DNA of 64,000 bases from Octopus sinensis (taxonomy: Eukaryota), in contig NW_021833229.1 of the NCBI RefSeq assembly GCF_006345805.1, positions 16,846 through 80,845 on the forward strand, given 5' to 3'. The translations under genes were made by a program, and so were the position numbers. Under the pieces are notes generated by a model that worked only from the letters and a program-made list of their open reading frames with translations, had not been told where the DNA came from and did no database searches. Of the stretch, positions 55,686 to 64,000 are shown piece by piece (the first letter of the stretch is position 1; each line of letters starts with the position of its first letter).

Positions 55686-55942
55686 ATTTCTTTATTACGA
55701 TTATAAAATCATTACATAGAAGGACAATACAGGACATACATACAAAAAACAGTTAAGTGGTTCGATTAAAAATTTTCCATAATATATGGATTATTCCTTA
55801 TACAAAATTTATATTTAAATTGTCCTTTGCATTGACTAATAGAACATTACAACATTACATAGCTTGAGATCTTACCGATATATTTTAAACCCCGGCAACC
55901 TATAAGGCCCCGCAGCTTTTCTTTCCTCTCCTCCATCCATAG

Positions 55943-58900
55943 TTAAGCTGGGTTTCTGACACCCACCTTTTTTGCCACTTCCTTCCATCTTTTTTCATAT
56001 ACACCTCGTGGTAAGATCTTCTTTTCCAGCCCCATTTTGCTCTTCAGATGATATCTGAAGTAAGTGAGCAAGCCGGGCCTGAGACAAAGGATCCTATTGA
56101 GACTCCTTCCATTCTTGTACGCCACATGCATTCTTTTACTACTGTAACCGTGCAGTGAAAACATGCCTCACCTTCCTTCGAGAGTCCAGTTGGCGGTATC
56201 ATCTTAATCATAGACTCAGCTGACAGCTGTACTCGTCCCAGATGCGATAACACGTGTTCTGCGTAACTTATCAAGTCTGACAACTTCCGACAGTGTACAA
56301 AAGCGTGCTGGATGGTTTCATCGTCCAACCCGCATCTTGGACACGTCGGTGGCACTGAAATTCCGTGCCGCGATAACTTCTCGCGAACAGGTAAAGCATT
56401 CCTATAACACTGCCAGGCCAGTTATCCAAATACCCCGTCCTGAAAGTCTTTTTAAACAGGTTGGTAAGCTGGTCTTCATCAAACCCCAGAGCCCTTCCTA
56501 GGACGTCGTCGTTCTTTGCCTCTACCAGCCTGCTATAAAATACCGAGGTGGTATTTCCGCAGCCGGCCTTGCCCGCCTTGTGGATCAGCGTGAGTGCCTG
56601 TCGGCACTCCTTTTGCCATAAAGTCAGATTCCGTCTTTTGATGTGACCGGGTTTAAAATTCACTAAGGAAGCCGGTCTCGGGAAAAATTCCCCTGCCAGC
56701 GGACTCCACACCTTATCACCCTCCAGGTGGTGCCAGAGATGCTTCAGCCTCAACGCATGCCTGCGCATCATCAACCAAGGCATTCATAACCCACCCTTTA
56801 ACGGTTCCTGGCAGCAAACGGAGCGCCTCACAAGTGGCTTTCCTCCCTTCCACAAAAAGCGGAAAAGGATTCGCTCCAACTTGCTAAGCCATGAATCGGG
56901 GCAAGGGACAGCGGTCAGGCGGTAAGTGATTACAGATGCAATGAACATCTGTGCCACCTCCGCCTTTCCTTTCAAGGACAGAGACCTTCCGGACCAGGTC
57001 CGTACTATGGCCTCCACCTTGTCCGTCACCTCACTCCAATTCCTCTCCGTTTGGGAGTCTGACCCAAACCAAACTCCTAGCAACTTAACAGGACCATCCG
57101 TTATCGACTTGCTCCTCCAGGTGCCGAGGCGCAAGCCAACCGACTTGTCCTTGTTAACCCTTGCTCCTGCCACCGCCTCGTATCCTCTGATAGCATCTTC
57201 TACACAAGGTAGCTCGGCCTCATTGGACACGATGAGGGTGACGTCATCCGCATAAGCAGTAACCGTCCTCCCACCTCCGATCTCATCCGGGTTACTTCCC
57301 AGCCTTTCCAACTTTCGCAGCAATGGCTCGAGAGCCAACACGTACAAAAGTAGTGACAAGGGGCACCCTTGACGAACTGAACATTCGATCGAAAACGGTT
57401 CCGTTAGGTAACCGTTTATCTGGACGGTGGACTTGATGCCGCTATACATAGCGGAGATCCACCCGCGAAATTCAGGGCCCAGTCCAGATACTTATGGTCT
57501 ACCCTATCGAACGCTTTACTTCGGTCTAAATGGACCATTACCCCGCCCTTGCCGGTTAATTTACCCACCCTATCTAAGGTGTAGCGTATAAGGTGAAGAT
57601 TGTCCTGGATCGACCTGCCTGAAATTGCACATGTCTGTGCTTTCCCTACAAGTTTCTCCACGACAATCGTCAACCTTTTTGCCAACACCTTGGCCAAAAT
57701 CTTTAACTCTACATTAAGTAGAGTTATGGGCCTGTAATTACTAATGTTATCCCCCTTGCTCGGGTCTTTCTGGATTAGCGTCACCACTCCCCGGCTTACA
57801 GAACTGGGAATTCTCCCATTCTGCGCAGTTCGCGTAGACGCTGCCCATATTCCCCGAACAAGTCCGGCATACTTTGGTAAAACTCGTAGGGCAGACCATC
57901 CAACTCCGGCGACTTCTCCCCGGCGCATCCGGCCATTACCCCCTCTATCTCCGCGGGAGTGATCGCTCCTTAACAGCACTCCACCTCTCGCACCGAGAGC
58001 CGCGGTCCGCCGGCTAGGAAGTCCTTTAAGGCCCTCCCCCGCTCCGGCGCCACACCACCCCCGAACGCGCGGGCGAAATGCTGGTGAAGAAACTTTTGCA
58101 TCTCCTCCTGTCCATAGATCTTTTGTCCCTGTTCGTCAGTTAAAGACTTGATTGAAGCTTTGTTACCTCTCTGACTCTCCACTCGACGGGTCCATCCGGC
58201 AACGTTAATACCTTCTCGTTTCCCAGCTCAAACTCTGCAACCTTCGTGTTTGGAGTTAAGGTGACGGTACAATACCATCCTTGCCGCCATCACTCCGGAT
58301 GCAGAGCCAGCTTCCATTGCCTTGTTTAGATTCTTAACTAAATCGCCCTCTATCCTAGACCTATCTAACCTTAGCTGATTGCTAAATCTAATGGACTCTG
58401 AACGAATGGCTCTTTTGAGGGAGTGCCACCATCTATTGTTAATGATGTGCCACACAATGCCCTCTGTACTAACACCTTAATCCGGGTACGGAAGTCTTCA
58501 CAATTCAAAATAGACTTGTTCAGCTTCCAGTACCCGGGTCCCTGTCTATGGCACTTATCTAATTGCACCCTACAAGTCAAAAATTTGTGATCCGTGTAAG
58601 GCACAATGTGAAACTGTGGACAACTAAACGTATCCTTATCTCTTTCCTAACGAATATCCTATCTATATACGATCTGTGTGAGCCGTCGTTGTTACTCCAC
58701 GTCCACTGTGGAACGCTCGGCTCATCCAGTCGATAACGGTCCACTAGATCAAAGCTCTCTAGTAGACCCTTGAGGCTAGGGTTCCCCTTCCTATTGGTTG
58801 AGCCAACACTGTCGACCCGCGCTTCAAGGACAGTGTTAAAGTCCCCTACTAAGAATACCGTTTTCGACGTCGCTAAAAAGTGCTCCAGATTCCGAAAAAA

Positions 58901-59256
58901 ACCCGCCTGCCTACACTCATTCGGAGCGTAGACAGCTACCAACCTGAAGGACTGTTTACTTACGTGGGTCACATCCAGAACGACCAGCCTGCCTTCTGGG
59001 TCCAGAAAGACAGTACTTACCTGCAAGTCCAAGCTCTTCCTGATAAGGACTGCCACGCCTCTTCCTCTTCCTTGGCTAGGAGAAATAAATCTCGAAACCA
59101 TTTAGAAGAGGCGAGAGAGAACGCTTGGGCCCCGTTCATCTTGGACTCGGTTACAATAGCTACGTCCACTCCGTATGTCGTGAGGTCGTTCAGGAAACAA
59201 ATTTGTTTCCATTTCGACCCCATTCCACGCACATTCACACAACCCAGCTTTGCCAT
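55943..59256 (-). CDS. LINE ORF2 (APE endonuclease, reverse transcriptase, C-terminal zinc knuckle), frameshifted
   Basis: MAKLGCVNVRG, VTESK, VYAPN, VGDFN, SYIDR, TDHK; YRPITLLN, KAFDRVDH, VRQGCPLS, AYADD; CPRC...ETIQHAFVHC. Split over several frames with small deletions. Confidence 0.9.
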
Positions 59257-59281
59257 TGTCGGAGAGAAAAAAAACAAAAAC

Positions 59282-60716
59282 TTACGGTTGGGACAGGGAG
59301 CATGACAGTTTAAATCTGCCTGCTTCCCCTTCTTCCTCCCTTTTGGTCGTAGCTGCAGGGCTCTTAACCGGCGTTGCCATCGGGCTCTGGGTAAGTGTGG
59401 TTGCCGGGGTTATAATGAGTTTACCCTCCAGTATTTCATTCGTTACATCTCTGATGAGATTATTCTTTAAATGTTCTTGTAGTGTTTTTTTTCCTTCCAC
59501 TCGTCTTCCTTTATTTTTGCAAAGCGAGTGGTTGATTTTATGTCTGTAGACTTACTGAATAGTTTAAATTTTGAAAATTTGAAATACTTGTACACCCTAT
59601 CGTTCTTCTCGTCAAATGCTATAATCTTTTCATTTTTTTTTATCAATTTTTTCAAATCTTGTTTTATGGGGAGGGGCTTGGCGAACTGTGTTCCAATGAA
59701 TACAGTGCCGTGGGGGTAGGGCTGGGGAATTTGTTTTGTATGTATCTCTGCGGTGTTCGCTGATTTTTTCTTTGTTTGGGGAGGGGAGTCCAGGGTGTTA
59801 TCTTTTTTTCTTTTGTGTGTCACCTGTGTATATTCCATCTGTTCATTTTCATCTTCCGTTTCGGTTCCTTTCCTTGTCGCAGTCTTGGGTTCTTTTTCCA
59901 CCTTTTCTTTTTCAGTGTTTGAAGCACTTTGAGGAGGGGCTTCGTTAATTTTCTTTTTTTTATGCAGTTTGAGCGGACGTGACCCTTTTCGCCACATTTG
60001 AAGCACCTAGGTCTGTGCCCCTCCACTGACACTCTCATTGAAGTTCCCTCCTCATTAAATACCCTATCGGGTAAGTTTTCTAGTATTTTATTTTCTGCTT
60101 GAACGAGGAGTTCTAGCGCTTGTCCTTTCCAGTGCACCTCCTCTTTCCTTCTCATCTGCAGAATTGAAACTTCCCGCTCTACGTTGTGCAGGACTGCCGC
60201 TGCTACCCACATTATATCATACCCTCTTGGTATATCCTCTACATGTAGTTTGGCTGTTCTTTTCCCCATATACGAAGGTAGCAACATGATATCCTCACTT
60301 TTCAAGGTCATTGATGACACCTCTCTTGCCACATCAGCCGAGTCGAAATGTGCTTCAACGGTAGCGCTGCGAGCACCTCGAACAACGTGGCGAATTTTGT
60401 TCCACACCGGGGACAAGCACTTTTCCACTATCTCGTTCTTGACATCCATTATTTTTTTTTCTTTGTTGCTATAAACTTTGTATACAACTGTCTTGCCTTT
60501 ATTTCCTGTACCTTCGCTTGCGGCGGTACCAGTTTAATTTCATTGCCTTCCGTTTTTACCAAGTTCCGGTATTCGAATAACTGTTAATCTTGAATCTACA
60601 TCCGTTACGGTTCCGCCCACTGCGGCCGAAAAAGACTGTTTTTTGACTTCGGTATCCTTTTGTTCACCTTTTCCCATCACGGGAAAGTCACTACTCGACG
60701 CCAAGTCGAACTCCAT
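59282..60716 (-). CDS. LINE ORF1 (gag-like, CCHC), frameshifted
   Basis: ATG at 60716 (MEFDLASSSDFP); CFKCGEKGHVRSNC; K/E-rich tail. Confidence 0.82.
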
Positions 60717-61462
60717 TTCTCAAATTATGAGAACAAATGTTTAAAAAAAAAAAGTTACCTCGAAGGTAATGACAATGTTTAAACACAGAATTTTCCGCCC
60801 CGTAGGGCGAAAATTACTGTTACACAACGGACAACTGTTCAATTCACGAGTAAACACAAACAACGACGAACAAAAAATACGAACTCACTCAACAAAAAGG
60901 CAGCAAAATTCTCAAAACGCAGATGAAAGAGGGGTCCCTAGACGAATAACAATCATGGTTGTCGACGAGAAGTCAGATCCCCTCACAAATACATATACTT
61001 TTTCCAGTGTCGATTGACACTGATATTGAAAAAGTGAAATCAAACAATGATAAATCTCAGAGCGAGTTATAAACAGTAGCGGTAACACATCGTGACGCAT
61101 ATTTGCCATTTGAATATGGGTTACCCATAGGGTGGATGCTACTGTAGTTTGTAGCCCCAGGAGATATCTCCTCCAGCTGGCTATAGACACACTATCTGTG
61201 TCCTCTCATCTCGTATTGTGAAGGAGAGTCATCCTCCCCGTCTTCAACACATGATACACACGTACCCGAGTTGGGATGATGACTCCCCTTCACAAATACT
61301 GAGAGGACACAGATAGTGTGTCTATAGCCAGCTGGAGAGATATCTTCCTGGGGCTACAACTACAGTAGCATCCACCCTTATGGGTTAGCCATATTCAAAT
61401 GGCAAATATGCGTCACGATGTGTTACCGCTACTGTTTATAACTCGCTCTGAGATTTATCATT

Positions 61463-61519
<57 letters not shown>

Positions 61520-61545
61520 TTTATTTAAAGCAGCAGAAAATTCTA

Positions 61546-61595
61546 CAAAACCTGTTGCTCTAAGTATCACGTTGCCGTTCATCGGACAGTTTTTG
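61546..61595 (-). ncRNA. Family C hammerhead, decayed (GAUA for GAAA, GCA triplet)
   Basis: CCGAUGA-ACG GCAA CGU-GAUA-CUUAGAG-CA-ACAGG. Confidence 0.55.
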
Positions 61596-61837
61596 TGTGT
61601 CATTTTCTATAAAGACGTCTAATTGGATTATATTTACATATATATATTCTATATATATATATATATATAATATCTATATATATATATATATATATCTATA
61701 TATATATATATATTATTACAGAGAGAGAGGGAGAGATAAAATACACTTCATTGAAATAAGAAGTTTCCCCAAAATTAAACATATACATACATCCATCCAT
61801 CCATACATACATACATACATACATACATAAACATACA

Positions 61838-61870
<33 letters not shown>

Positions 61871-62017
61871 GATATATAAAATATATTCTACTGAAATAAA
61901 ACATTTCCCCAAAATTAAATATATACAAAGATGTGTGTGTATATATATATATATATATAATATATATATATATATAGAATAATCCAAATTAGACGTATTT
62001 ATAGAAACTGACACACA

Positions 62018-62066
62018 CAAAACTGTCCAATGAACGGCAACGTGAAACTCAGAGTAACAGGTTTTG
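62018..62066 (+). ncRNA. Family C hammerhead, G5A variant
   Basis: CAAAACUGU-CCAAUGA-ACG GCAA CGU-GAAA-CUCAGAG-UA^ACAGGUUUUG; inverted relative to 61546-61595. Confidence 0.6.
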
Positions 62067-62236
62067 TAGAATTTTCTGCTGCTTTAAATAAAGCATATTA
62101 CTCTACCACTGGTATTTGAGTACTTTTTTTCCACCTTGTTTCACATATGTGTGTTTTACTCCTGTATATATAGAAATTATCGCTACCAGCGGCCTAGTGG
62201 AAAAGAGAAAATAGTCAAAGACTAAAATATAATATA

Positions 62237-62697
62237 AACAATTTAGGAGTGACCTTAACAGGCCATTCGTCCACCAGAAAGAGCAGCCATAACTCACACC
62301 GCCAGTAGTAGTAATTCAGAAATTAGGTGAAAATTTAAAAACATTTACCCTAATTCATCTTTTTACGATGCATCGTTTCTGTGTTATTAATGATTAAATT
62401 AGCTTAATTAAAAATTAAATAAGCTAATCTACCATAGGTCACACTTCATCAGTAAAAAACCATCAGGTTTTTTACTGTTTTTTACTGATGAAGTGTGACC
62501 TATGTAGATTAGCTTAATTTAATTTAATTAAGCTAATTTAATCATTAATAACACAGAAACGATTCATCGTCTAAAAGATGGAATTAGGGTAAATGTTTTT
62601 AATTTTCACTAATTTCTGAATTACTACTACTTGGCGGTGTGAGTTATGGCTGCTCTTTCTGTGGACGAATGGCCTGTTAAGGTCACTCCTAAATTGT

Positions 62698-62698
<1 letters not shown>
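62237..62698. repeat. ~460-bp near-perfect fold-back (arms ~225 bp) carrying a hammerhead motif in each arm
   Basis: 62237-62460 is the inverse of ~62477-62698, with a few indels and substitutions. Confidence 0.9.
62478..62578 (+). ncRNA. Type I hammerhead motif, family F, with long AU-rich stem II
   Basis: UUUUUUA-CUGAUGA-A-GUGU...ACAC-A-GAA-ACGAUUCAUCGU-C^UAAAAGA. The antisense-arm copy has the perfect palindrome ACGAUGCAUCGU. Confidence 0.68.
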
Positions 62699-62730
<32 letters not shown>

Positions 62731-62751
62731 ATATATATATATATATATATA

Positions 62752-64000
62752 TGCGCAACACTCCACCTGCATCTAATGAGGACTGCTGCATGCAGCAACC
62801 TGGGCCGCCGACCATCCCAGTGGACGCCAGTTCCAAGCAGTCGATCTTTTTGCGGGCGTCTGCCACCGCGTCATGGACCGGTTTTAACTTTCCAGGTGTT
62901 CCCGTCATCTGAACATCTCACAAGCTGAACTCTTGCCCTTCGATGTATCCGACGACGCACTGACATCATCATAAATCCGGCCGACATGGGTGGTGCCGTG
63001 GTGGTGTGGCACGCGGAACTCTACAAGGCGGAAGCTCTCTGCCAACTTCAAGACACCTCCTTCTACCGCCCTCTGCCCTCCGAACCCACGCCCAGCTACC
63101 AACAGACTTTTTCGTGTACTATCCATGACCTCATGTCCTCCTCTCGTCTCCCCCTACAGCTTCCAACCTCATTGTCCGCACCCCTCGCACCCCCACAATT
63201 TACTTCCCCCAAATCCACAAACCTAACAACCCTGGCCGCCCCATCGTCTTCGCCTGCAACTGCCCCACCGTACTCATCTCCAGATATCTTGACCGTGTAC
63301 TTGCCCCCCTAGTGGCTTCCCTCCCCTCTCACATCCATGACACGAACCATGCACTTCGTTTGTTCAACTCTTTCTCCTTCCCTCTAAACTTCTCTTCGCT
63401 CTCAACATCCATAACCTCACCACGAGGGGCTGCGTGCACTCCAAAATTTCCTTCACCTTCGACTCAACCCTTAACCTGACACATCCACACTCGTTCGTCT
63501 GGCCTCTCACTCAACTGCTTCTCGTTCGCTGGTGATTTTTACCAGCAGGTCTCGGAATGGGCATGGGAACGAGAATGGGCCTCAACTATGCGGACCTGTC
63601 CGTTGGCTACGCTGAGGCCCAGGTATTCTCAAATTTCACTGGTCCCACTCCCGAACTATACGGCCGTTATATTGACGACTGTATCGATGCGACCTCACTC
63701 TCCCGTGAACATCTAGACTCCTTCCTCTCTTTTGTCAAATCTTTCCATCGTGCACCCAACTTTTCCTGCACTATCTCTGACACTTCTGTCTCCTTTCTTG
63801 ACATTTCGGTCCGCATTCATCACTCCACTCCCACCACCTCCATCCACTACAAACACACAGACTCACACCCATACCTCAATTTCTCTTTCTCCCTCCCTTA
63901 ACACACCAAGCTTTCCCATCCCCTATTCCCAATTCCTCCGTCTACTAGGCTCTGCAGTGACGACCACAACTTTGAAACTCAGTCTCAACCCATGGCTCGC
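62752..64000 (+). pseudogene. Penelope-like element reverse transcriptase, frameshifted and cut by the window end
   Basis: DMGGAVVVW..LYKAEALCQLQDTSFY; MGTRMGLNYADL; YGRYIDD; VSFLDI; IHYKHTDSHPYLNF. Confidence 0.9.

Larger units (their letters stand above)
55686..60948 (-). mobile_element. Full-length Tx1/L1-clade LINE with 20-bp TSD
   Basis: ACAATCATGGTTGTCGACGA at 55666-55685 and 60949-60968; 5' UTR, ORF1, ORF2 and 3' UTR ending AATAAAGAAAT. Confidence 0.93.
55454..61462 (-). mobile_element. Retrozyme-like element (family A, 353-nt monomer) interrupted by a LINE, with a 5' inverted segment
   Basis: 55454-55626 is a direct repeat of 61089-61262; 61273-61462 is the inverse of 61046-61238; (TA)n on both flanks. 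Confidence 0.85.

Overview
AT-rich, microsatellite-saturated animal genomic DNA. The SINE, LINE and (TACA)n/(TA)n content suggests a cephalopod (Octopus-like), which is an inference. No host gene can be called with confidence; there are only weak minus-strand exon candidates at 2.5 kb and 41.8-42.9 kb. Nearly every long ORF in the track is either a microsatellite translation or transposon-derived. Mobile elements present: Tx1/L1-clade LINEs, R4/Dong-like RLE LINE fragments, an RTE fragment, Penelope fragments, a Buster/Charlie hAT, mariners, two non-autonomous Helitrons, a long-TIR MITE and several SINE families. The main unexplained signal is a set of type I hammerhead ribozyme (HHR) motifs read by eye: six sequence families, about 11 copies. 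They lie in retrozyme-like tandem repeats (398-nt and 353-nt monomers) and Penelope-type inverted terminal repeats, and two unrelated families share a CCGAUGA (U4C) core. Most notably, a full-length Tx1-clade LINE (55686-60948, minus) sits in the distal 5' strand of stem I of a retrozyme hammerhead with an exact 20-bp TSD. It is co-oriented with the ribozyme, has no poly(A) tail, and leaves an intact hammerhead predicted to cleave 59 nt past its 3' end. This is a candidate ribozyme-targeting LINE that may borrow the ribozyme for RNA end formation. All folds were done by eye and none is experimentally or computationally validated.
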